The notes under the pieces are model-generated. The model did no database searches. It was not told the DNA's origin and worked only from the letters and a program-made list of their open reading frames with translations. This document shows, one piece after another, positions 12,314 through 24,490 of a stretch of DNA of 64,000 bases. The position numbers and the translations under genes are program-made. Source of the stretch: Octopus sinensis (lineage: Eukaryota); NCBI RefSeq assembly GCF_006345805.1, contig NC_043009.1, positions 55,986,001-56,050,000 on the forward strand, written 5' to 3'. Every line of letters starts with the position of its first letter. Positions within the stretch are counted from its first letter, which is position 1.

Positions 12314-13005
12314 TTCCAGAAGGTTCCAGTTTGGGGGATTGACACGAATGGTTGAAACGCATAGGAATGGTGTCTGGATGGCTGATGGATAAAATAAATA
12401 AATTTGGATAGCAACAAGCAAGAACTATGGTTTTAGTAAGAGTGAGAAAGACTGGATCCAGTGCTGGAGATGTTATATGTTCACTCATCGTAACAACCGA
12501 CGAGGTTTCATTTAATCTTGTGTTGGCTAATGAAACCAAACCAATTATTCCGATGACACTTTTATATGTTTTAAATAGGATCTAACAATATCTGTTAATG
12601 GAGCAGCAATGGTAAATGGTTAGTTAAAATTCTAGACACCCTCCTCTTTATATATCATAAAAAAATATTTCGTTAAAATATTTTTATACTCTGATACCTC
12701 TTAATTCTCCCCTTGTCATCTCTACGGGTATGGATACTTAATCCAAGTTTGTTCGTTCAGCTCTACTAGTCATACAAGCTACCTGCTCGGTATCACTTCA
12801 CCTCCTTCCGTTCAATTTTGAGTAAAAAAAAACACTTCAGATACAATCCCCGCCTTAAAAAGGTTTTCTGGTCTAAAAAACCGGCGTATTTCCTTTAATT
12901 AAAGAAAATTAAATTTCTTAAATATGGGTGCAGTGGGGATTGTGTGTGTGTGTGTGGTGTGTGTGTGTGAGTATGAGTGTGTATGCATGTATGAGTGTAT
13001 GTGTA

Positions 13006-13056
<51 letters not shown>

Positions 13057-13169
13057 TGTGTGTATAGATACACAATACACACACATGTAGATACATACAT
13101 ATATATATATATATATATATGTATTTATATACTTATAGGTATACATGTGTATATATATATATATATATA

Positions 13170-13400
13170 CTTTATTTAAAGCAGCAGAAAATTCAACAAA
13201 GCCTGTTACTCTGAGTTTCCCGTTGCCGTTCATTGGACAGTTTTTTTGCTAGCAAAAACTGTCCGATGAACGGCAAAGGGAAACTCAGAGTAACAGGTTT
13301 TGTTGAATTTTCTGCTGCTTTAAATAAAGCATATTACTCTACCACTGGTATTTGAGTACTCTTTTTTCCACCTTGTTTCACATTTATGTGTTTACTCCGG
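13170..13400. mobile_element. Head-to-head fold-back element with hammerhead motifs, in (AT)n
   Basis: ~80-bp arms are centred at 13250/13251, followed by a 70-bp unique tail. A second copy lies at 28702-28915. Confidence 0.8.
13259..13296 (+). ncRNA. Minimal type I hammerhead ribozyme motif (core variant CCGAUGA)
   Basis: ctgt-CCGATGA-acggcaaagg-GAAAC-tcaga-GTA-acag. Stem I is ctgt/acag and stem III (actc-a-gagt) is palindromic. Confidence 0.6.
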
Positions 13401-13417
13401 TATATATATATATATAT

Positions 13418-13464
<47 letters not shown>

Positions 13465-13468
<4 letters not shown>

Positions 13469-13820
13469 ACTTCCCAACCACATGGTGCTGCGTGGCACCT
13501 TGGGCAAGTGTCTTCTACTATAGCCTCGAGTCGACCAAAGCCTTGTGAATGGATCTGGTAGACGGAAACTGAAAGAAGCCCGTTGTATATGTATATATCT
13601 ATGTGTGTATCTGTATTTGCACCTCTCCCATCACCGGTTGACAACTGGCGTTGGTATGTTTACGTCCCCGTAACTTGCCGGTTCGGCAAAAGGATCCGAT
13701 AGATTAAGGACTAGGCTTAAAAAATAAGTCCTAGGTTCGATTTCTTCGACTGAAATCCTACAAGGCGGTGCTCTAGCATGGCTGCAGTGAAATGACTGAA
13801 ACAATAAAAGAATAAAAGAA
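13465..13820 (+). mobile_element. SINE family 1, diverged and 5'-truncated
   Basis: Homologous body and tail. Confidence 0.8.
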
Positions 13821-14159
13821 TATATACATACATACATACACACACACACACTTGTGTTTATATATATATATATATACACACATTTATGCGTTTATATAGA
13901 TATAGATATATATGTACATATACGCACATATGCATACATGATATACATACATGTGTATGTGTGTATGTATATATTTATATAATATTCATGTGTGTGTATA
14001 TATATATATGTCCGTATGTATGTATGTATGTGCAATCACACACACACGCGCACATATATACGTACATACAGTCATATGTACCCAGACACACATATATACA
14101 AATGTAAACTTAATAGCTGGGATTTACATATAAATCATAAAGCAGCTAAAGACATTAAT

Positions 14160-14520
14160 CTAGGATTTCCGGCCCACCCATGCACCAATCAGAAACTGCT
14201 ACCTAAGTAAGATCAGGGCACTGATCTTACTTTCAACTTTAGCTCCGATCTAATAGTCTATAAACAGGGCTTTCCGAAAATATTCGTCTGTATCCCCCAG
14301 CCTCAATCGAACATCGAAGAATCACAGAATGTCCGGAGAGGATTGTTTGCTTAGATCGACTGAATCCCAAAATTCCTGCGGAGCAAAATTAAAACAAACT
14401 TCTAAACACCCCGGCGGTTACATGGCGAAAAGAATAGACATCACTAGCGACGGACGCTATCAGTCACGTGATCGATCAAAAGTCGCATCATTCCAAAAGT
14501 CAGACGCAGCGCTGGATTAA
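14160..14520. promoter_or_regulatory. Candidate CpG-rich housekeeping-type promoter
   Basis: Non-repetitive within the window and CpG-rich. It contains ETS-like ttccgg (14167), CCAATCAG (14185), YY1-like catggcg (~14420) and E-box gtcacgtgat (14463). Confidence 0.3.
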
Positions 14521-14847
14521 GCAATAAGCAAGATAAGCCCCTGCTTAGGGTATCAAGGGAAGTAGGGACACTAAAGAAATCGTAAATAGCTTACTGCAAA
14601 AAGAAATCACTTTAACCTTGCTAAAATAATATTCGAAGTGGTTTATATGACCGGAAATATAATTTCGAAATGTTCTTAGTGTCAAGGACTTCGCAATTAA
14701 GAAAAATAAAAGAATACTTTTCAGCTATAAATATAGTGGAATATACAAAACTAAACATGGTTTTCCATCTAAGTTTTAGTTTTGTTTCATTTAGAAACAT
14801 GAAATTTTATTTTATAGCTTATTATTGTTTATATCTTGAATTACTAT

Positions 14848-15220
14848 AGGCGCAGGAGTGGCTGTGTGGTAAGTAGCTTGTTTATCAACCACATGGTTCC
14901 GGGTTCAGTCCCACTGTGTGGCACCTTAGGCAAGTGTCTTCTACTATAGCCTCGGGCCGACCAAAGCCTTGTGAGTGGATTTGGTAGACGGAAACTGAAA
15001 GAAGCCCATCGTATGTATGTATATGTATATGTATGTGTGTGTGTATGTTCGTGTGACTTTGTCACCCAACATCGCTTGACCGATGGTGGTGTGTTTACGT
15101 CCCCATAACTTAGCGGTTCGGCAAAAAAGCCGGATAGAATAATTACTAGGCTTCCAAAGAATAAGTCCTGGGGTCGATTTGCTCGACTAAAGGCGGTGTG
15201 ACTGAAACAAGCAAAAGAGT
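14848..15220 (+). mobile_element. SINE family 1
   Basis: Full head and body, with a small deletion near the tail. Confidence 0.9.
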
Positions 15221-15524
15221 ACTTATATATGGGGGCACCAAAATCTTTTAAGTGCTTAGAGCTTCTATGACTCTTAATGCGACCTTGATCACACGGACTA
15301 CTACGAGATTAACTATAAAACAGAACCACGTAATTATACCAGACAAATAAGAGCGGACGTCATCGACAATACTGTCGCCTGCATGGTCAATCGCCTTTCT
15401 TAATAACGTCTGATTAAAAGACGGTTTACCATTCCATTTTCGTAATTTCACACTCGCTTAGTTTCTAACAACAACCGTTCTATGAAACCTTCAGGTACTA
15501 GGAAATAACCCTGCTTACCAACAG

Positions 15525-15568
<44 letters not shown>

Positions 15569-15659
15569 TGTGTGTGTTTTGTGTGTGTGTGTGTGTGTGT
15601 GTGTGTATCTATCTGTCTGTCTGAATGTTTGTGTGTGTTCGTGTATCTGAGTGTGTTTG

Positions 15660-15895
15660 TTATTTCTTTATTGCCCACAAGGAGCTAAACACAGAGGGGA
15701 CAAACAAGGACAGACAAACGGGTTAAGTCGATTATATCGACCCCAGTGCGTAACTGGTACTTAATTTACCGACCCCGAAAGGATGAAAGGCAAAGTCGAC
15801 CTCGGCGGAATTTGAACTCAGAATGTAGCGGCAGACGAAATACTGCTAAGCCTTTCGCCCGGCGTGCTAACGATTCTTCAAGCTCGCCACCTTAT
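15660..15895 (-). mobile_element. SINE family 2
   Basis: Reverse complement of 3872-4090. Confidence 0.85.
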
Positions 15896-16459
15896 CTGAG
15901 TGTGTTTGTGTGTATGTATATGTGCGCATGCTTGTGTTTGTGTATGCGCCTCTGTGTGTGTGTGGTGTGTGTGTGTGTGTGTGTGTGCGTCTGTATGTTT
16001 GTGTGCACGCGTGAGTCTTGTGTGTGTTTGTATGTCTGTATGTATGTGTGCGTGCGGCCGTGGGTGTGTGAGAGAGAGGTGTGTACAAGCTCTCGCACGC
16101 ATATGCAAAGAAGTCTCGGTTTAATGGCCTAATATTGCATTGTAAGTCATTTATGTCAAATCCTTTAAAATCCAAATTAATCTCAATGTTATGCAAACAA
16201 ATTCTTGCAACCATTTGACAAATTCGTAGTGTTATCTCCTTCCTTACATCTGCATAGTTAAAAAGTGCAGACTTGATGTTGTAGAGTTGTAGATTCTGGA
16301 AGGTTCTTCCTCCTATCTTCTACAGCTTTCGTTATCCTCCAACACAACCATTAATTCTCCCAAAACATTCTTACTATAAAGCGTCTGAGAGATTACCTAT
16401 TTTCTTTGGTCTATTGACTAAGAAGCTGGCGATGCGTTTAACTTTTATCGGTTACCTCC

Positions 16460-16971
16460 AACTTGTTTCAGTCATTACACTGCGGCCATACTGGAACACC
16501 AACTTGAAGTGTTCTAGTTAAATGAATTGATCCTAGCACTTGTGTGTGTGTGTGTTTTTTCCTTTTTTTTAAGTCTGGCATTTATTCTATCGGTCTTTTT
16601 TGTCAAACTGCTAAGTTACGAGGATGTACACACCATTATACAGACTGTCAAGCAGTGGTGAGGGACTCGAAACGCGGAGTAGCCGAAACAGGGGCAACTG
16701 AAGAAGGAGAATATTCCTTGTGTTGTATGTCCTGTACTCTGTTTTTTCGTAATTTGAAAAAGAGGCCGTTTCCATGGTTTTGTTTTTATGTTTTCGTTTC
16801 TCATTGTGTTCAACATTTTTTTTTGTGTCCTATACCCATATATGCATGTATATATACATATAGATGTAGGTATGTACATATATGTATATATGCATATGTT
16901 TTATATATTATTTTGTTATTATACGATCGAACGCCACGCATCCACTTCCAAGTAAGTTATATCTATCTATC

Positions 16972-17036
<65 letters not shown>

Positions 17037-17225
17037 ACACACACACACCACACACACACACACACACAACCAGACGACGTAATTCTTTCAGTTTCAGTCT
17101 ACCAAATCCACTCGGAAGGCTTTGGTCGACCTGGGGTTGTAGAAGAAAAACACTTGCTCTGGTACTGCGCAGTGTGTGTGAATCTGGAACCATGTGGCTG
17201 GGAAGAAAACTTCATACCACACTGC
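16460..17225 (-). mobile_element. Diverged SINE family 1 interrupted by a ~245-bp insert (16670-16915) and (CA)n
   Basis: The SINE halves flank the insert. The insert recurs at 29830-30070 and 57290-57505. Confidence 0.7.
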
Positions 17226-18119
17226 TAGGCCAATTTAGGACGCTAAAAACACCATTTCTACCATTCTTACTAACTCCCCAATATTAGAACAAACAGGGGC
17301 CTTGTCAAGAAACATTTGTGCCTTTACGTTATTAGGAGACTCTAAGACGAGGTGCTGGAAGAATCGCTAGACTTAGGACATGCTTTGCCGTATTTGCTCA
17401 GGCTACCTACGTTCTAAGTTCAAACCCCGCTGCAATCAAATTTACCTTTCATTCCTCCGGGAGCGATGAAATAAAGTACCAGTCAGGTACTTTATTTCAC
17501 CAATGGTACTGTCTAAGCCGCTCCTTTCAAAATTGCTGGTTTGTACCTAAATAAGAAACTGTTACTAGGGGTGTCTTCAATTCATCTTTCTGGAAGTGTC
17601 AAAGCGGCTGAAAATAAAAGCAATATCTGAAATAAAGCACATGTTCTTCGAACTGAGATGGTGTATTTAATTGATTCATAATATTTTTAAGTGTACGTAA
17701 TTTCTTTGGTTTCTTGACTACTATGGACTGCTTCAGGCGATACAAGCGATCACTATCATTTGTACATAAGGCAGGAATTCGCTCCTTATTTAACTTGCAA
17801 CCATGGGTGCTACTTCAGTTTTGCAGACCAACAGCTCGACAGACCAAGTCATATTTCCTAGTATTGTAAACCCGCCACAAAATAAGACCCTCAGATTACA
17901 TAAATTCTTGGCCTAACTTGTTAGATGTTCACACTTAAAGATTCACCAACGTATTCTTCATCACCATGCCACTCCTTTTTCTAAAACATCACAACCACCT
18001 ATCACTTGCCCGGGCGTCAAATTTCTTGTGTTTTTCCTGAATTCCACATGCAGCCTTCAACTCGAGATTTCGTAAATTAACACCACTAATTCTCTGTCGA
18101 ACACTTCATTTATATACGG

Positions 18120-18120
18120 C

Positions 18121-18157
<37 letters not shown>

Positions 18158-18162
18158 TATCA

Positions 18163-18193
<31 letters not shown>

Positions 18194-18213
18194 TATTATC
18201 ATTATTATTATTA

Positions 18214-18268
<55 letters not shown>

Positions 18269-18290
18269 CATTATTATTATTATTATTTTA
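18120..18290. repeat. (TTA)n microsatellite
   Basis: Read directly from the sequence. Confidence 0.95.
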
Positions 18291-18322
18291 TTTATTTTTT
18301 TTTTTTTTATCTTGCTCAAATT

Positions 18323-18535
18323 TCATGTTTTTCTTCTACCCATAATATAGCTACATTTTAAAGGAAACTGTTGCAATTCGGCGTTTGATTTGCGTATATC
18401 AAAAAGTGTTTGTTTTTTTATGCCGTAAATTTTCGAACACGTGCTACAGAGACGCCTTGTTCTAATTAAGTTTAATTTCTGAGCTACATTTAAATTCACA
18501 CGCTTCCTGGTAAATCTTCTGTTACATAATACCAT
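18323..18535 (-). pseudogene. Tigger/pogo transposase N-terminal HTH (CENP-B/psq type) remnant
   Basis: RKRVNLNVAQKLNLI...SKIYGIKKQTLFDIRKS resembles the pogo-family N-terminus KRK.V.L....KLE.I....YG..KQT..DIRK. Confidence 0.65.
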
Positions 18536-19109
18536 TTTGCTTTGTAAAGATTACAAATGTTTTAGGAAAATATTGTCATAATTCGAAAATCAAAGAAGTA
18601 GGCCGTATATAATGTGACCGCATTAAGAGTGTATTGAGGTAGAAAGTTTGAGGCAGAATGTTAAAGTTGACTTAGGCGATATCAGTCACATCCAACATAT
18701 CTTGGACATAACTTTCGGTACAGCACACATCATCACATCAATATATAAAATTAAACGTACACAGCAGTTGCTCTGATAAAACCCTGTTAGGGTTCAGTGA
18801 CTTCCAACAAGGAGCCATGTGCCCATCTGGGGTTACGTGAAAAAAATTAGGTCATTTGGGACCCACAAAGGTTTCACTTTTGATTGCCAGACTAGCAATC
18901 ACCTCCCAATAATTCCACTGTGTTATGTACAATCTAACTCAGTGGTTCTCCCTCTGGGGATTCATATAAGATTTTAGGGATCCACGAAAAATCGTAAATT
19001 GGGGCTCTACGGTAGAATCTTGGCAAACTTTGCTTTAGACGTATTTATTTCAAGAAACAACTAGGCTTCTTTCTCTAATGTTTTATGTGTCTCCGACTAC
19101 TGAAATATA

Positions 19110-19692
19110 TTCTTTTCTACTCTAGGCACAAGACTCGAAATTTTTGGGGAGGGAGCCAGTTGGTTAGATCGACCCCAGTACGCAACTGGTACTTAATTTA
19201 TCGACCCCGAAAGGATGAAAGGCAAAGTCGACCTCGGCGGAAATTGAACTCAGAGCGTAAAGACAGACGAAATACCTATTTCTTTACTACCCACAAGGGG
19301 TTAAAGACAGAGGGGGAAAACAAGGACAGACAAACGGATTAAGTCGATTACATCGATTCCAGTGCGTAACTGGTACTTAATTTATCGACCCCGAAAAGAT
19401 GAAAGGCAAAGTCGACCTCGGCGGAAATTGAACTCGGAGCATAAAGACAGACGAAATACCTATTTCTTTACTACCCACAAGGGGGTAAACACAGAGGGGA
19501 CAAACAAGGACAGACAAATGGATTAAGTCGATTACATCGATTCCAGTGCGTAACTGGTACTTGATTTATCGACCCCGAAAGGATGAAAGGCAAAGTCAAC
19601 CTGGGCGGAATTTGAACTCAGTACGTAACGGCAGGCGAAATACGGCTACGCATTTTGCCCGGCGTGCTAACGTTTCTGCCAGCTCGCCGCCT
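19110..19692 (-). mobile_element. Head-to-tail trimer of SINE family 2
   Basis: Period is ~184 bp (acctatttctttactacccacaagggg at 19274 and 19458). Only the last unit has the full head. Confidence 0.85.
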
Positions 19693-19784
19693 TACTACTG
19701 AAATATATTCTCTCGGAGAATATATTGCAAACCTACACAAGTGAATGTATGAAAAACAAAATAAAAATCTTGAAAAAGGTATTT

Positions 19785-20178
19785 CTCTCTTTCTCTTTTA
19801 CTTGTTTCAGTCATTTGACTGCGGCCATGCTGGAGCACCGCCTTTAGTCGATCAAATCGACCCCGGAACTTATTCTTTGTAAGCCCAGTACTTATTCTAT
19901 CGGTCTCTTTTGCCGAACCACTAAGTGGCGGGGACGTAGACACACCAGCATCGGTTGTCAAGCAATGGTAGGGGGACAAACACAGACACACAAACATATA
20001 TACATATATATACATATATACGACAGGCTTCTTTCAGTTTCCGTCTACCAAATCCACTCACAAGGCATTGGTCGGCCCGGGGCTATAGCAGAAGACACTT
20101 GCCCAAGATGCCACGCAGTGGGACTGAACCCGCAACCATGTGGTTGGTTAGCAAGCTACTTACCACACAGCCACTCCT
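19785..20178 (-). mobile_element. SINE family 1
   Basis: Near-identical to the other young copies. Confidence 0.9.
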
Positions 20179-20678
20179 ATTTTTTTTTAACATCGAATAG
20201 CTATGGGAGTCCATCAGAAAAAAAAATGTAATCAAAGGGTTCCATAGGTAAAATTAAAGATTCAAAACCGCTGATTTAGCTGCTTGAACTGTAGTACAAG
20301 ACATTCACAGAGAAACGATAAACATTTAATTTTTATGAAGATATTTAACAATAAATGAAGAGCAAAGAAAGATAACACCGGATGTAGTGATTCCTCAGTG
20401 TTTCAATGATATTATAAGAATCTGTAATCCAAACATCAATCATGAAAGACACTGCAGAAGTGTCTTTTGTGTATTAACAGAAATTAAGACTGATATAATG
20501 GAAATAATATTAGTTTTTGGTTATGATATGGCGGTTTCAGAGGGAAAATAGATCAATGATAAATGGTCGTTTTTCTGTTGTACGTATGCAATTATACACG
20601 TGCACACACATGTATATATATATATCTGTGTTAGAGACAGACAGGCAGGCAGGCAGACAGGCAGACAGACAGGCAGGC

Positions 20679-20679
<1 letters not shown>

Positions 20680-20723
<44 letters not shown>

Positions 20724-20759
20724 TTTAGATAGATAGATAGATAGATAGATGGTTGGATG

Positions 20760-20815
<56 letters not shown>

Positions 20816-20817
20816 TT

Positions 20818-20883
<66 letters not shown>

Positions 20884-20902
20884 TTTAGATAGATAGATAG
20901 AT
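20680..20902. repeat. (GATA)n array with GATATTTA variant units
   Basis: Read directly from the sequence. Confidence 0.95.
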
Positions 20903-20974
20903 ATGTTTCTTTATTAGCCACACAGGGCTGCACACAGATAGAACAAATTACAAGGTAGAGCTTTTCTTTTGAAG

Positions 20975-21008
<34 letters not shown>

Positions 21009-21946
21009 AGGGGGAGTTTCGATCAAAAGGGATCGTAAAAAGGAGAGAAAGAGGACAAAAAAAGGGGGGGTAAAAAAAAAAAAAAGGGGGAGAGGAAAAA
21101 AAAATTGATCAATAGGGATCGTTATCACAGAAATGTCAATATGAAGTGTAAAGAGGAGGACAGGTGAGGTTTACCCGTGGAAAGAAAAGCCTACGGAAAA
21201 GACCACGGTAACCTCGGTCAATGAAGTCACATTTTATATTTCTTTTTTTTTTTTTTTTTTTTGCAAATAAGCAACTCCTGTTTTCGATTTCTGGGTTAAT
21301 AGGACTATGCTCAAGGTGGCTTCGTCATTCATACGTGCCATTCTTGCTACATTCACCCATCTTTTTTTAAAACATTCGCTAGACAAAAATTGCCTCTCTA
21401 CTCCACTTTCCTTTTCAAGTGGTACTTGAAGAAGTTGATGAGAGATTGACAGAGAGAAAGTGTTTGTCTCCAATCCTTTCAGACGCGTCCACCAGATACA
21501 TTCTTTCGCCATAGCCACAAGGATGATGAAAATAGCTCTTCCTTCCCGTTTGAAGGAAGGAGGCGTGACAATATTGACGATAGACTCAGTGATAAACCGA
21601 CTCGTCACACGTGACAGCAGTTGTTCGACATAAGCCCACAGGTCGGAAATTGTTGGACACTGAACGAGTGCGTGCAGAACGGTTTCGTCGCTCTGACCGC
21701 ATCTCGGGCAGGTCGGCCCCGTGTTTCTCGAGCCGTGTCTGTAGAGCTTATCCCAACGCGTAGCGCTTCTCGGTAGCACTGCCAGGCCAGGGATCTCTGG
21801 AAGTTGTCCATGGGCCCTGCCCGAAAGTCGTCCCGAACAGGCGGGTCAGGTACTCCTCGTCGACGTCCAGGTTCGCCCCGAGCTCGTCGTCTCGTAGGGG
21901 CGAACCTGGACGTCGACGAGGAGTACCTGACCCGCCTGTTCGGGAC
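20903..21946 (-). mobile_element. 5'-truncated L1/Tx1-clade LINE (ORF2 C-terminal zinc knuckle + 3' UTR)
   Basis: RDKLYRHG...TCPRCGQSDETVLHALVQCPTISDLWAYVE is a zf-RVT-type CCHC region. The 3' UTR ends AATAAAgaaaca directly on (TCTA)n. Confidence 0.8.
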
Positions 21947-22268
<322 letters not shown>

Positions 22269-23027
22269 GCTCGAGGAAGTGATTTCCTAGTGATGAGAGA
22301 AGGCTATATAAGGCGTGAGCGGTCGATTTGACATAATTGCGACTAATGTTAGTATTACGTGACAGGGAAATCTCTCTCGACTTACAGTGTGTTCATCTTA
22401 ATTGTAGGAGAATACTAATAATAGTAGCATAATAGCATTGAAACAAAACCCGATTTACATCACAAATGCATACATATTCGTCACCATGTCGATTATATTA
22501 GCTCGTCCTCATTTTTCACCAGCCATTTATCATAACAATACACTGATCCACCAATGAAAAGATCAAAAATATAGTCATTAACTAAACCTAAAATATAAAT
22601 AAATCCGTTAGGCGTAAACAAGGAAATAAGGACTTAAGCCACAGAAACACAGCAACCTGGCAAACACTATATGTATCCATCATGAATAATGTTAACAACA
22701 ACGACGATGACAGCAACAGCAACAACAACGACCACACCTAATGTCATAATAACCTAAAATATAATTTAGCCACTCCAACATCAAACAAACGCCTTTATCA
22801 GATTTTTCTCGTAAATCAGCCACAAAAACAAAAATAATAAATTACAGGAAAAAGGAACCCAGAATGAAAAAACTGCACCTTCCAACTAAGCTATGATTTC
22901 ATTCCTTCATTTTTACTTTCTTTTAACCCTGTTGATGTTGAAATTCCAGTGAAAGAGCCTTTGATCTAGGTTAGAAACCGGTTCTTTCTCTATTGGCCAG
23001 AAATCTTGAAATAAAACTGAATAATGA

Positions 23028-23268
23028 CATACCTACATACATACACACACACATACATACATACATACATACATACATACATACATACATACATACATAC
23101 ATACGTACGTACATACATACATACATACATACATACATACATACATACATACATACATACATACAAACATACATACATACATACATACATACATACATAC
23201 ATACATACAAACATACATACATACATACATACATACATACATACATACATACATACATACATACATAC
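23028..23268. repeat. (CATA)n microsatellite
   Basis: Read directly from the sequence. Confidence 0.95.
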
Positions 23269-23844
23269 ATAACAGGACCCTTATAAGTTTATGTTTACTT
23301 AAACAGAACTCAAGTTGCCGTTTAATTAATGGTTTTTGACTCGTCTCTAAATTCTCATCACATTCATAGCGAACTTCTTCGAACTATAAATCATACCCCA
23401 TTGCTTAGTCCGGCCTGACATGACATTCCACTATTTTTTCTTTCGTATTTTAACAGAACTGTGTTTGTTTCAAATCTATTCCTTATTTACAGTTTTGAAG
23501 CTGATGTTTATAAACGATGGAGAAAAACTAGAATTATGGCGTCGAATGTTTTTTGCTTTTTGGAAGGTCAGATCTTCATGGCCATAATCCCCAGCAAAAT
23601 ATCTGACGGTTTATCGGTTCAACTACAGATTTTAGTTAGTTTATGGCAGGTAGAGTTTTATCTGTAACTTTTTAAGACCTTTCTAGAAGATGGGTGATGT
23701 GAAGGGAAAGTGAAAAAGTGATGTGTTTAACGATCAGTTTGAAATGTGGGAAAGTAAATGTGAGTGGTATGAGATTTCCGTTGGGTATAAGACCTGAGAT
23801 ACAAGGGTTGGAAATAAGAAGTGACATATGATATATGATGTGAT

Positions 23845-24042
23845 ACAAATTGAGTTCACGTTCTGGCACAAGGCCAGCAATATAGAGGAGGGGCAAGTTG
23901 ATTAGATCAGCCCGAGTGTTCAATTGGCACTTATTTTATCGACCCCGAAAGGATAAATGGGAACTTGACCTCGGTGGAACTTGAACTCAGAACGTAAAGA
24001 CGGACCAAATGCCGCTAAGATTCTGCTAGCTCGCCGCCTTGA
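23845..24042 (-). mobile_element. SINE family 2, diverged
   Basis: Core atcgaccccgaaagga and head gctcgccgcctt. Confidence 0.75.
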
Positions 24043-24452
24043 TGTGATATAAATTACGATGGAATTATTACGTAACATACAATAACATAAAGAAAAGAAA
24101 CAAACTGAGTGTATCGAATATGTTACAATGGAAGGGAACGCAAATCCTCAATTCATGTTTCAAATGATCTCGGTATCTGAGACTATAAAAATCGGCAAGA
24201 CCTTCCTAAGATTTAAAAATTGATGGTTAAAACAACATGCTTACTTCACAACCTTGCAACCAAGAAGGGAGTCGGTCAAAATTTATTTTAAATTAAAAAA
24301 AGAAAGAGAACATACATACATACATACATACATACATACATACATACATACATACAACATACATACATACATAAGCACACACAGACCCAGAAACATTTAC
24401 ACGGGTGTGTGTGTATGCATATGGCTGTCTCTGTGTATGAGTGTGTGTGTGA

Positions 24453-24490
<38 letters not shown>

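Noticed and set aside
11795-12392. Recurrent ORFs such as RQASFSFRLPNPLTR..., AVRQKETDRISTGLTKNK... and RNWYLIYRPRKDERQSRPRR...
   Set aside because: They are frames through non-coding SINE families 1 and 2, and recur only because the SINEs do.
12291-12580. Minus-strand open frame ...LANTRLNETSSVVTMSEH...PVFLTLTKTIVLACC, superficially GPCR N-terminus-like
   Set aside because: There is no recognisable family motif, no convincing splice pair, and it runs into a SINE.
19110-19692. Regularly spaced repeats that could suggest a CRISPR array
   Set aside because: The units are whole ~184-bp SINE copies without unique spacers, in a eukaryotic context with no cas genes.
22270-22330. TATA-like ggctatataaggcg near an ETS-like ggaagt
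   Set aside because: Short motifs like these are expected by chance, and there is no supporting initiator, CpG island or downstream exon.
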